Positions 34,330 through 43,124 of a DNA stretch of 64,000 nucleotides are shown one piece after another. Below the pieces are notes generated by a model, which was not told the origin of the DNA, searched no databases, and saw nothing but the letters and a program-made list of their open reading frames with translations. A program made the translations under genes and the position numbers. Every line of letters begins with the position of its first letter. The stretch's first letter is position 1. The stretch comes from Dehalococcoidia bacterium. Its GTDB lineage: Bacteria > Chloroflexota > Dehalococcoidia > Lucifugimonadales > UBA1123. The stretch lies in NCBI GenBank assembly GCA_965202815.1, contig CBDBCD010000002.1, forward strand, positions 678,921-742,920, in the 5' to 3' direction.

Positions 34330-35199
34330 ATGTGCAGCAACGCAGACCCGCGCGCCGCGCTCGCCGAATACATCCGTCACAAGACGGACAACGGCAACAA
34401 GGTCGTGGACTACCTGCATGACGTCCTCGAAGACAGGCTTGACGGCGTAAAGCACCTCCACCGCGAGTGCGCCGCCGCCATACTCACCGAATACGGCGAC
34501 CTCGCAGCTATTCGCTTCCAGGAAAAGAACAAGGAAGAAAAGAAGGCCAAGCCCTCTCCCAGGCCGCGCAAGCGCGAAGAGCGCGAGGACTCCGAGTTCG
34601 ACGCCGCCCTCGCTCGCGTCATAAGAGACAAGACCAACGACACTCAGGACGTCGCCGACTACCTCATAGACACTATGAACGGCATAGACTCGGCCATCGA
34701 GTCAGGGCTGGGCAAGATCCGTCACCAGCAAAGGGTGTCAGCCGCCGCCGAACTGCTCAGGCGCGCCTTCGACCGCGACCCGGACTACACCCGGACGACC
34801 CAGGCCGAAGTGCGCGTCCCAACCCAGGCCGACGCCGATTCCAGCGTCCCGCTCGACACCGAACCCACCGAACAGGCGACTGAAGACACGGATGTTGCCT
34901 CCGGCAACGCCTACACTCCTGAAGAAGAAGCCCGAATCCAGGAAGTTCTCGACAGGATCAAGAAGATAGCCGAGGAAGCCGACCCGTCCGAGTACGAGGA
35001 AGAGGAATCCTCAGACCGACGGATAGACTACTCAATGTGGGACATCATAGACAGCCAGCCTCAACCCGTCATCACCGAAGAACACGCCAGAATCGGCGCT
35101 GCCCTCTTCAGGGAAGCGATGCAGAAACAAAGACTCTGGGAAGAGTCCAACATAAAGATCCCAACCAGGAAAGATCATGACAACTACGACGACGGCTAG
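34330..35199 (+). CDS. acidic hypothetical protein with an internal duplication
   Basis: 289 aa. Two related segments (LAEYIRHKTDNGNKVVDYLHDVL... and LARVIRDKTNDTQDVADYLIDTM...) are separated by a Lys/Glu-rich linker. GGAGGAGG RBS. Confidence 0.6.
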   Translation: MCSNADPRAALAEYIRHKTDNGNKVVDYLHDVLEDRLDGVKHLHRECAAAILTEYGDLAAIRFQEKNKEEKKAKPSPRPRKREEREDSEFDAALARVIRDKTNDTQDVADYLIDTMNGIDSAIESGLGKIRHQQRVSAAAELLRRAFDRDPDYTRTTQAEVRVPTQADADSSVPLDTEPTEQATEDTDVASGNAYTPEEEARIQEVLDRIKKIAEEADPSEYEEEESSDRRIDYSMWDIIDSQPQPVITEEHARIGAALFREAMQKQRLWEESNIKIPTRKDHDNYDDG

Positions 35200-35354
35200 G
35201 CCGCGTTGACAATTCATTACTATTTTATGCGATTTTTTCCGCAGACCGGGGCTTTTGACCAGTTCCATCTGTTGGGATATGATTGGTCCTGCCAGCCGCC
35301 AAGCGTCTCGTTTGGCGGCCCTGGTCGGATGTATATTGCGATGGGAGGGTAGCT

Positions 35355-36479
35355 ATGGTGATCACGGAAGCGCCCCCGGAACGCGCGGTCATGGAGACGG
35401 CGGACGAAGCCCTGCCTATGTATAGGCCGGATAGGGAAGTCCGCGCCAGGCGACCGCTGGAGCTTGCCTGGAAGACATTCGCCCATATCTTCAGGCAGAA
35501 GTTCATCCGTCGCCGCGAACGCTTTCCCCTGGTGACGATGCTTGAACCCCTGGAGGCGTGCAACCTGGACTGCTACGGGTGCGGTCGCATACGCGAGTAC
35601 CTGCCCGTTCTCGACAAGACCCTCACCATCGAGCAGTGTCTGAAGGCCGTGGAGGACTCGGGCGCTCCCATCGTGTCCATCGCGGGCGGTGAACCAACTA
35701 TGTACAAGCAACTCCCCGAGCTCGTCGAGGAGTTGGTGAGCCGGAAGATATTCGTCTATTGCTGCACCAACGGACTGCTGCTGGAGCGCGTGATGAAGCG
35801 CGTCCCGCCCTCCAAGTACCTCGCCTGGGTCATCCACCTGGACGGAATGGAAGTCCAGCACGACATCGCGGTCAATCGCAAGGGTGTGTGGAAGAAGGCT
35901 ATGAGGGCGTCCAGGCTGGCTCTCGAAGCGGGATACAGGGTCTGTTCCAATACGACCTTGTTCAAAGGCTCCAACGCCGAGGACCTCCACCAACTCTTCA
36001 CGCTGGTGACGGACATGGGGTTCGAAGGCGTCATGGTATCCGCTGGGTACGACTTCGTAGATGGGCCTGTCCAGGAGATGTTCCTGTCGCGCGATGAGTC
36101 TATAAAGGTCTTCAAGCGTGTGCTCACGGACGAGGCGATAGACCGCATACGCTTCTATAACAATCCGCTCTACCTGAGCTTTCTGCGAGGCGAGCGCGAC
36201 TACCAATGCACCGCCTGGTCGAATCCCACCTACACGGTCCAGGGCTGGCGGGAGCCGTGCTACCCACTGGCGGACAGACACACAGATAACGTCAACGACC
36301 TGTTCAGCGCCTCGCTCTGGGAGAACTATGGCGTGGGCGTGAACGGCAAGTGCGCCAACTGCATGATGCACTGCGGGTTCGAGTCGGCGATCATCTACGA
36401 CTCCCTCAGCAGCCCCAGGGGCGCCGCGGACTTGGCGAAGGGCGTGATCGGCAAGCGCGCCGGCGCCGGAGCGGGCTAG
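35355..36479 (+). CDS. hpnH: adenosyl-hopene transferase (radical SAM)
   Basis: MLEPLEACNLDCYGCG radical-SAM cluster motif, and collinear similarity to HpnH through the C-terminal CANCMMHCGFE. GGGAGGG RBS before the ATG at 35355. Confidence 0.9.
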   Translation: MVITEAPPERAVMETADEALPMYRPDREVRARRPLELAWKTFAHIFRQKFIRRRERFPLVTMLEPLEACNLDCYGCGRIREYLPVLDKTLTIEQCLKAVEDSGAPIVSIAGGEPTMYKQLPELVEELVSRKIFVYCCTNGLLLERVMKRVPPSKYLAWVIHLDGMEVQHDIAVNRKGVWKKAMRASRLALEAGYRVCSNTTLFKGSNAEDLHQLFTLVTDMGFEGVMVSAGYDFVDGPVQEMFLSRDESIKVFKRVLTDEAIDRIRFYNNPLYLSFLRGERDYQCTAWSNPTYTVQGWREPCYPLADRHTDNVNDLFSASLWENYGVGVNGKCANCMMHCGFESAIIYDSLSSPRGAADLAKGVIGKRAGAGAG

Positions 36480-36483
36480 AGAA

Positions 36484-37275
36484 GTGGCGGGAGGCCTGGC
36501 GCTTCTGGTGGCGCTGTCCGAGGAGGCCCGGGGCATCCTCAAGGCCGGCCATTGGAGCAAGATAGCGTCGTCAAGACCGCAGGCAATGTATGAGCGTCGC
36601 GTTGGAAGCGAGGAAACGGTCCTGGCCGTAAGCGGCGTGGGCAGAAGCCACGCGGAGACAGCGATCCGCACAGTGCTGGAGGAGCGTCGTCCAAAGGCGG
36701 TTCTCTCGCTCGGTTTCGCAGGGGGACTGGTCGCCGGACAGCGAGCGGGCGACCTGGTAGTCGCCAATGCGCTGATACCCGCCGAAGGCGCAAAGGGTGG
36801 CGAACAGAAGCCGCGCCTTGGCGAAGCTCTGCATACCGACCGCGCGCTGACCGGCAAGGCGCTGGATGTCCTGGCGACATCCGGGATTCGCTACCGGACC
36901 GGAGCGTGCGCGACCGCCTCCGAAGTCGTATTGCGCCCCGATGCGAAGAGGCGGCTGGGCTTGGACGCCAAGGCTCTGGCGGTAGAGATGGAGAGTTTCT
37001 GGATAGCGTTGGAGTGTCATGAACGAAACGTGCCATTTCTAGCCGTCCGCGCCATAGTGGACACGGCGGAGCGTCCGTTGCCGGACTTCATTGCCGATTC
37101 CGCGCCGGACGCGAGAGTGGGAAGCGGATGGCGGGGGGCGCTGTCCATAATGCTGCGTCCCCACCGGATCCCATCGCTGGTTCGGCTGGGCGGCGCGGCC
37201 TCCCAAGCGCGAAATTCGCTATCGCTCTTCGCGTCGGGCTTCCTGAGAGACTGGCAGTGTCCGGCCAGCGAGTGA
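36484..37275 (+). CDS. hpnG: hopanoid-associated phosphorylase (PNP/MTAN fold)
   Basis: Nucleoside phosphorylase fold (SLGFAGGL, VEMES), positioned between hpnH and shc. Confidence 0.75.
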   Translation: MAGGLALLVALSEEARGILKAGHWSKIASSRPQAMYERRVGSEETVLAVSGVGRSHAETAIRTVLEERRPKAVLSLGFAGGLVAGQRAGDLVVANALIPAEGAKGGEQKPRLGEALHTDRALTGKALDVLATSGIRYRTGACATASEVVLRPDAKRRLGLDAKALAVEMESFWIALECHERNVPFLAVRAIVDTAERPLPDFIADSAPDARVGSGWRGALSIMLRPHRIPSLVRLGGAASQARNSLSLFASGFLRDWQCPASE

Positions 37276-37317
37276 ACCCTGGTCTTTTCCGATGAGCGCT
37301 AAAGCCGAGAAAACGCA

Positions 37318-39366
37318 ATGACCGTAAGAGAAGCGCCGGAATCGCGTGTTTCGCCAGAACTGCTGAACGCGGTCTCGAAAGCCGTGTCCCGGTCCCAGGA
37401 CTACTTCGCGCGTACCCAGTCTCCCGAGGGCTACTGGTGGGGCGAGCTGGAATCCAACTCCACGATGGAAGCCGAGTATCTGATGCTGACCCATTTCCTG
37501 GGGATTGGGGATGAGGATACGTGGCGGAAGCTGGCGAACCATCTGCTCGAAACCCAGCGCGAGGACGGGACATGGGGGCAATACTACGGCTCTCCCGGTG
37601 ACCTCAGCACATCGGTGGAATGCTACTTCGCGCTGAAGTTGGCGGGCATCTCCCCGGACGACCCTCGCATGATCAGGGCGCGGGAGTTCATCCTGTCAAA
37701 GGGGGGTGTCCCCCAAGCCCGCGTATTCACAAAGATATGGCTGGCGCTATTCGGTCAATGGAACTGGAATGACGTGCCTGCGATCCCGCCGGAGATGGCG
37801 CTGCTACCGTCCTGGTTCCCGATGAACCTCTACGACTTCTCCAGTTGGGCTAGGGCTACTATGCTGCCCCTGAGTATCGTGATGACTCATCGTCCGTCAT
37901 GCCGTATCCCGGACAGCGCGTCCATCCCCGAACTCTTTCCGAACGAGCGGACGAAATCCCCGAGACTCAGACCCATGATGGGAGCGGCCGGTATATTCCA
38001 CATCGCGGACCGGGTGTTCCGGTGGTACAACCGTCTGCCCTGGTGCCCGATGCGGCGGACTGCCATTCGCAGAGCCGTCAAATGGATAGTGGAGCGCCAG
38101 GAAGAGGACGGCTCATGGGGTGGGATACAGCCGCCCTGGGTGTACTCGCTCATCGCGCTGAAAGTCCTGGGATATGAGGTTGACCACCCCGTTATGCGCA
38201 AAGGCATCGAGGGATTCAAAGCCTTCAGCATAGAAGAAAATGGCGCGATGCGGGTCCAGGCCTGCGTATCTCCGGTCTGGGACACCTGCCTAGCAATGAT
38301 AGCGCTGGAGGATTCGGGCCTGCCGCCCGACAGCCCGATCTTGCGTCGGGCGGGCGAATGGCTCATCAGGGCGCAGGTCGCCAATGGCGGCGACTGGCAG
38401 GTCAGGGCCAAGAACACGACACCCGGCGGCTGGGCTTTTGAGTTTGCCAACAGCGCGTATCCAGACATTGACGACACCGCGGAGGCGCTCATAGCTCTGA
38501 AGGGCGTGGACTCGGAAGACCCGGAAAGACTGCGGAAGGCGATACAGCGCGGCTCCGAGTGGATACTCGGAATGCAGAGCAAGAATGGCGGCTGGGCTGC
38601 CTTCGACAAGGACAATACCCTCAAGGCCGTAGCCGCCATACCCTTCGCCGACTTCGGGGAGATGATAGACCCACCCAGCGCCGACGTGACCTCCCATGTT
38701 GTCGAGGCTCTGATCCGCGTCGGCTATCCGACGGATACGCCGCCTCTCCGACAGGCGGCGCGGTATCTCTGGAATGAGCAGGAAGAGGATGGCGCATGGT
38801 TTGGGCGCTGGGGGGTCAACTACATCTACGGAACGGGGGCTGTCCTGCCGGCGCTGGAGGCAATCGGCGAGGACATGAAAAGCGAACCGGCGCGCCGGGC
38901 GGTTGACTGGCTCGTAGCCCACCAGAACGAAGATGGCGGGTGGGGAGAAAGTTGCGCAAGTTATGCCGACCCCGCTTTCGCCGGAAAGGGCCCCAGTGCC
39001 GCGTCGCAGACCTCATGGGCTCTGATCGCGCTCATGGCCGCGGGCGAGTCCGACAGCCATGCCGTCCGGCGCGGCATTCAGTATCTTGTGTCAACACAGC
39101 GGTCTGACGGAACGTGGGAGGAACCATGGTTCACCGGCACAGGTTTTCCCGGCTATGGCGTGGGCAGCCGTTCCAAGAGGACCCGGGTCCAGGAAGTGGA
39201 ACTCCCCTCCGGGTTCATGATCAAGTACCACCTGTACAGAAACTACTGGCCGCTCATGGCCCTGGGACGCTTCCGTCGGCGCTCCGAGCATTGCTCTAAC
39301 CAAAGCCGTCTCATACAATATCCTCAGTCTATATCAACGCCCCGAACGGAGGTCGAACTTCGATGA
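37318..39366 (+). CDS. shc: squalene-hopene cyclase
   Basis: 682 aa; catalytic DIDDTAE (DxDD at 38464-38475), repeated QW motifs (DGSWGG, NGGW, DGAWFGRWG, DGGWGE). Confidence 0.95.
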   Translation: MTVREAPESRVSPELLNAVSKAVSRSQDYFARTQSPEGYWWGELESNSTMEAEYLMLTHFLGIGDEDTWRKLANHLLETQREDGTWGQYYGSPGDLSTSVECYFALKLAGISPDDPRMIRAREFILSKGGVPQARVFTKIWLALFGQWNWNDVPAIPPEMALLPSWFPMNLYDFSSWARATMLPLSIVMTHRPSCRIPDSASIPELFPNERTKSPRLRPMMGAAGIFHIADRVFRWYNRLPWCPMRRTAIRRAVKWIVERQEEDGSWGGIQPPWVYSLIALKVLGYEVDHPVMRKGIEGFKAFSIEENGAMRVQACVSPVWDTCLAMIALEDSGLPPDSPILRRAGEWLIRAQVANGGDWQVRAKNTTPGGWAFEFANSAYPDIDDTAEALIALKGVDSEDPERLRKAIQRGSEWILGMQSKNGGWAAFDKDNTLKAVAAIPFADFGEMIDPPSADVTSHVVEALIRVGYPTDTPPLRQAARYLWNEQEEDGAWFGRWGVNYIYGTGAVLPALEAIGEDMKSEPARRAVDWLVAHQNEDGGWGESCASYADPAFAGKGPSAASQTSWALIALMAAGESDSHAVRRGIQYLVSTQRSDGTWEEPWFTGTGFPGYGVGSRSKRTRVQEVELPSGFMIKYHLYRNYWPLMALGRFRRRSEHCSNQSRLIQYPQSISTPRTEVELR

Positions 39367-39779
39367 CTCAGCAGGAATACAGGAAAATCATACCCGACCC
39401 GACACCCGAAACGGCCTTCTTCTGGAAGAAGTGCAAGGAACATGAACTCTGGATACAGCGTTGCATCGGGTGCGCCAAGCCCTTCTTCTATCCTCGCCTC
39501 CACTGTCCTGGGTGTATGACTGACAAAGTGGAGTGGTTCCGGGCGTCCGGCAAGGGAACGCTGTATAGCTACATGATCAATCACAGGCCCGCGCCCGGAT
39601 TCGAGGACGAGGCCCCATACGCCATAGCTATCATCCAGCTCGAGGAAGGCCCGCGCATGATGGGCAACATCCACGGCATAGAGAACACGCCCGAAAACCT
39701 TGTCCTCGACATGCCGCTGAAGGTCGTGTTCGTTGACGCCAACGACGAAGTCGCCATCCCTAACTGGGGACCGGCCTAG
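39363..39779 (+). CDS. DUF35 zinc-ribbon / OB-fold protein
   Basis: CIGCAKPFFYPRLHCPGC rubredoxin-like ribbon followed by an OB-fold pattern. The ATG overlaps the shc stop (ATGA). Confidence 0.85.
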   Translation: MTQQEYRKIIPDPTPETAFFWKKCKEHELWIQRCIGCAKPFFYPRLHCPGCMTDKVEWFRASGKGTLYSYMINHRPAPGFEDEAPYAIAIIQLEEGPRMMGNIHGIENTPENLVLDMPLKVVFVDANDEVAIPNWGPA

Positions 39780-39838
39780 CCGTCATTCTAATACTCTAAT
39801 TTCGCCTATTCCTCTCGAATCCCAGGAGAAGCGCCACA

Positions 39839-41017
39839 ATGTCATTACGATACAAGACCGCCATAGTCGGAGCGTCCGAGACCACCCAGCTTGGCGTCAT
39901 ACCCGATATGTCCGAGACCCAACTGCACATAGACGCCGCCATGAACGCCATGGCAGACGCCGGCATTGACGCCAGCCAGATAGACGGCATATCCGCCACC
40001 ATGAATCCCGCGATTCTGGCCCACTACATGGGCATCGTTCCCAAGTGGGTGGACAACACCCAGGTCGGCGGGACATCATTTCTCATACACATGAGACACG
40101 CGGCGGCGGCGATAGCCTCCGGCCTCGCAACAACTATTCTATGCACAATGGGACAGAGCGGGCGCAGTCGCGTCGGTGTCGGGGGAGCGCGAATCGGCAC
40201 GGCGGGCGCAGCCTCAGGTCCCAGGTACGACGGATCTTATCCCGGCCAGTTCGAGTCCATATACGGTGTTCTCGGCCCAACCACTATGTTCGGTATGGGT
40301 GTGCTGAGATACATGAAAGAGACAGGCACTACCATCGAGCAACTTGCCTCTGTCGCCGTCGCCCAGCGCAAGTGGTCGAACAAGGTGCCTCGCGCCATGT
40401 TCCAGCAGCTGGTTAGCGTCGAAGATGTGCTGAACAGCCGGATGATCTGCTACCCATACCGCCTGTTCATGTGCTGCCCCGTAACCGACGGCGGCGGCGC
40501 GTTCATACTGACCAGCGCCGACCGAGTTGATGACTACCCCACCAAGCCGGTCTATATCCTGGGAACGGGCGAGTCGGTGGAGACCGCCGTCGTCAGCCAG
40601 ATGTACGACATGACCACATCCGCGGCATTCAAGACCTCCGGCGCCAAGGCATTCGAAGAGGCGCAGGTGCCACACGACGACATTGACCACATCCAGATAT
40701 ACGACGCATTCGCCCACCTGCCCATCTACGGCCTGGAAGACCTAGGCTTCGTCGGACGAGGCGAAGCCGGAGCCTTCATAGAAGAGGGAAACACATCGCC
40801 TGGCGGCAAGCTGCCCCTGAACACCAACGGCGGCGGCCTGTCCTACACTCACACCGGAATGTATGGAATGTTCGCCATGCAGGAGTCGGTGCGCCAGGTC
40901 AGAGGCGAGGCGGCCCACCAGGTGGAGGGAGTCAAGACATCCTTCTGCCAGGGCGTGGGCGGTATGTTCATGGCCGCCGGCAGCCTGATATTCACCAATG
41001 AGCCGCCGCATAGTTAG
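39839..41017 (+). CDS. thiolase-fold protein (SCP-x/Ltp-like), apparently without the nucleophilic cysteine
   Basis: 392 aa; C-terminal NTNGGGLSYTHTGMYG motif. GGTS (40067-40078) sits where thiolases carry C-A/S-S-G. Confidence 0.85.
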   Translation: MSLRYKTAIVGASETTQLGVIPDMSETQLHIDAAMNAMADAGIDASQIDGISATMNPAILAHYMGIVPKWVDNTQVGGTSFLIHMRHAAAAIASGLATTILCTMGQSGRSRVGVGGARIGTAGAASGPRYDGSYPGQFESIYGVLGPTTMFGMGVLRYMKETGTTIEQLASVAVAQRKWSNKVPRAMFQQLVSVEDVLNSRMICYPYRLFMCCPVTDGGGAFILTSADRVDDYPTKPVYILGTGESVETAVVSQMYDMTTSAAFKTSGAKAFEEAQVPHDDIDHIQIYDAFAHLPIYGLEDLGFVGRGEAGAFIEEGNTSPGGKLPLNTNGGGLSYTHTGMYGMFAMQESVRQVRGEAAHQVEGVKTSFCQGVGGMFMAAGSLIFTNEPPHS

Positions 41018-41024
41018 GACAGAG

Positions 41025-41255
41025 ATGAAATATGCGACAATAGAAGTCTGGTGGGACGCAGAAGGCGATTATCTGTGGGTCAACTTGGCTGACGGCGACG
41101 GGGACATGGTTCCTACCAAGGACGGCAAATCAACCGTCAAGGTGGACGACGAGGGCAACATACTCGGATTTGAGATTCTTGGCATATCGGAGAGAGCAAA
41201 GCAAAAGCCCTTCAATTTCAGCCTTGATCCCAGGCCCGAACCGGACGTGACATAA
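41025..41255 (+). CDS. DUF2283-domain protein
   Basis: 76 aa; VWWDAEGDYLWVNL...DDEGNILGFEILG pattern. Confidence 0.7.
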   Translation: MKYATIEVWWDAEGDYLWVNLADGDGDMVPTKDGKSTVKVDDEGNILGFEILGISERAKQKPFNFSLDPRPEPDVT

Positions 41256-41289
41256 TAAAATACAAGCCAACAAACTCAGGAGAGTCATA

Positions 41290-41523
41290 ATGATGCGTAA
41301 GCAGACTATTCGGTACGCGACCCCGCTTGACGCGCTCATCGCCATTGCCAAAAGACTGGGCCTGAACGAGGGCAAGTATCAGATTGAATCCGAGGAGTTC
41401 TATCACCGATACCAGAAGGGGGAGATGGGCGATGACCTTGAGTTTATGGAATGGGCGAGTGATTATCGGCATTATCTTAAACTTCGCCTCAAACTGGAGA
41501 ACAGTTTGAAAGATGTTGCATAG
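41290..41523 (+). CDS. small hypothetical protein (candidate antitoxin partner)
   Basis: 77 aa; EEFYHRYQKGEMGDDLEFMEWASDY. Overlaps the next gene by 11 nt. Visibly lower GC. Confidence 0.5.
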   Translation: MMRKQTIRYATPLDALIAIAKRLGLNEGKYQIESEEFYHRYQKGEMGDDLEFMEWASDYRHYLKLRLKLENSLKDVA

Positions 41524-41911
41524 CGCGCTCTCAGAATACTTGGAGAGGGTCGAGATGGCTGTTCTCCGGTGTGTTGAGGCGCGTAGTGAACGTTATGTCG
41601 AAGAGGTCATTACGTCTGAACAAGCTAACTTACGAATTCGCCTGCGCTTTGATACTGGGCACTTGCTAGAAATCGGTGAAGCTCTTACCGTTGAAGATGA
41701 TTCCTTGATTTTCATTGACTATCATTACCACTACCAAGATGGGGACAATCTTTTGATATTCCGTTATGACGGTACGCCTCACCATCCTCATATACGGAGT
41801 TTCCCGCACCATAAGCATCTGCCTGATGCGATAGTCGAGTCCGGTAAACCCGACATCGAACAGGTCATAGAGGAAGCTGTAAGAGCGCTACACGGGGAGA
41901 CCAGCAATTGA
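41513..41911 (+). CDS. DUF6516 / TumE-like toxin-family protein
   Basis: 132 aa; YHYHYQDGDNLLIFRYDGTPHHPHIRSFPHHKH matches my recollection of the DUF6516 signature. Confidence 0.5.
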   Translation: MLHSALSEYLERVEMAVLRCVEARSERYVEEVITSEQANLRIRLRFDTGHLLEIGEALTVEDDSLIFIDYHYHYQDGDNLLIFRYDGTPHHPHIRSFPHHKHLPDAIVESGKPDIEQVIEEAVRALHGETSN

Positions 41912-42621
41912 CACACATCCTCTGCTACAAAGACAGCTACCTCCAGGAATTCGACGCGACGGTGATTGCCGTCACCGGCAAGGGTGTCGTCCTCGACCGC
42001 ACCGCCTTCTACCCGGGCGGCGGCGGACAGCCACCCGACAGCGGCATCCTTACGGCGGGCGACACCGAATACCGCGTCAAGCGTGTAGCCCGCGACAAGG
42101 GCGCCTATGTACACGAGATAGAAGGCCCCGACGCGCCCGAAGTTGGGACCAACGTTCACGGCGCTCTCGACTGGGACCGACGCTACCAACTCATGCGTAC
42201 TCACACCGCGCTGCACATACTCTGCGGAGTCGTATGGCGCGACTACGGAGCGCAGGTCACGGGCGGCAACATGACCCCGTTGCGCGCCCGTATGGACTTC
42301 GAGCTTGAGAGCATGTCCGCCGACTTCGCCGAGCGCGTAGAGGAGCATATCAACGCCGAGGTTTCAGCCTCGCGCGACATCCACATCTCCGTGCTTCCTC
42401 GTGAGGAAGCGTTCCAAATCCCCGACCTCATACGCACCAAGATAAACCTGCTTCCGCCCCAGATTACCGAGGTCAGGATCGTTGACATAGAGGGGCTCGA
42501 CTTACAGGCCGACGGCGGCACACACGTCGCCAACACGAGCGAGGTTGGTCGCATTCGCGTCGCCGGACATGAGTCCAAGGGCCGCATCAACAAGCGGCTC
42601 AGGATTGAGGTAAACCCATGA
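41908..42621 (+). CDS. alaX: alanyl-tRNA editing protein (AlaX-M type)
   Basis: DRTAFYPGGGGQPPDSG, HTALHIL and GGTHV motifs. Confidence 0.85.
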   Translation: MTHILCYKDSYLQEFDATVIAVTGKGVVLDRTAFYPGGGGQPPDSGILTAGDTEYRVKRVARDKGAYVHEIEGPDAPEVGTNVHGALDWDRRYQLMRTHTALHILCGVVWRDYGAQVTGGNMTPLRARMDFELESMSADFAERVEEHINAEVSASRDIHISVLPREEAFQIPDLIRTKINLLPPQITEVRIVDIEGLDLQADGGTHVANTSEVGRIRVAGHESKGRINKRLRIEVNP

Positions 42622-43118
42622 ATCTGAAAGGAGTCCCGATGGTGGAACGACCGATAGAAAAAGGCTACTGGGTAGTCCCAGGAAAGCTGCTTGCGGGGGA
42701 GCATCCTCAGAATTCAGACTCGATCAAGAAGATCGAAGACGCCGGAATAGTCTATTTCATTGACCTGACCGAAGAAGATAGACACGCCCCATACGACGAA
42801 TGGCTGGAAGTCGCTGAGTACCGACGATTCCCAATTAAAGACTACGACATCCCAGAATCGAATGAACATACAATCGCGATACTCGACGCTATTGATGACA
42901 ACCTCCGCGACGGAAAACCTACCTACATCCACTGCTACGGTGGAAGGGGGCGTACCGGAACTATCATTGGTTGCTGGCTGGCAAGGCATGGACACCAGGG
43001 GGAGGCTGCCCTGGAGAGGCTGAGGGAGCTGTGGGCGCAAAATCCTAAATCAAAGAGGGGACTACAAACCCCTGAGACGGACGAGCAGGAACAGTACATA
43101 GTGGAATGGAAGGAATAG
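42618..43118 (+). CDS. dual-specificity / tyrosine protein phosphatase
   Basis: IHCYGGRGRTG (HCx5R) active-site loop. Confidence 0.8.
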   Translation: MNLKGVPMVERPIEKGYWVVPGKLLAGEHPQNSDSIKKIEDAGIVYFIDLTEEDRHAPYDEWLEVAEYRRFPIKDYDIPESNEHTIAILDAIDDNLRDGKPTYIHCYGGRGRTGTIIGCWLARHGHQGEAALERLRELWAQNPKSKRGLQTPETDEQEQYIVEWKE

Positions 43119-43124
43119 ACACCG

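Noticed and set aside
35206-35234. TTGACA at 35206-35211 as the promoter of the hopanoid operon.
   Set aside because: No acceptable -10 hexamer lies 16-18 nt downstream, so it is left unannotated.
35220-36857. 545-aa minus-strand ORF antisense to hpnH/hpnG. Similar long antisense or alternative-frame ORFs include 4906-6315, 23432-24511, 28554-29420, 13904-14779, 14178-14897, 58106-58948, 58120-59634 and 59400-60635.
   Set aside because: Their translations are Arg/Ala/Gly/Pro-rich low-complexity strings with no motifs, and they overlap genes with strong family signatures. This is a typical artefact of stop-codon-poor GC-rich DNA.
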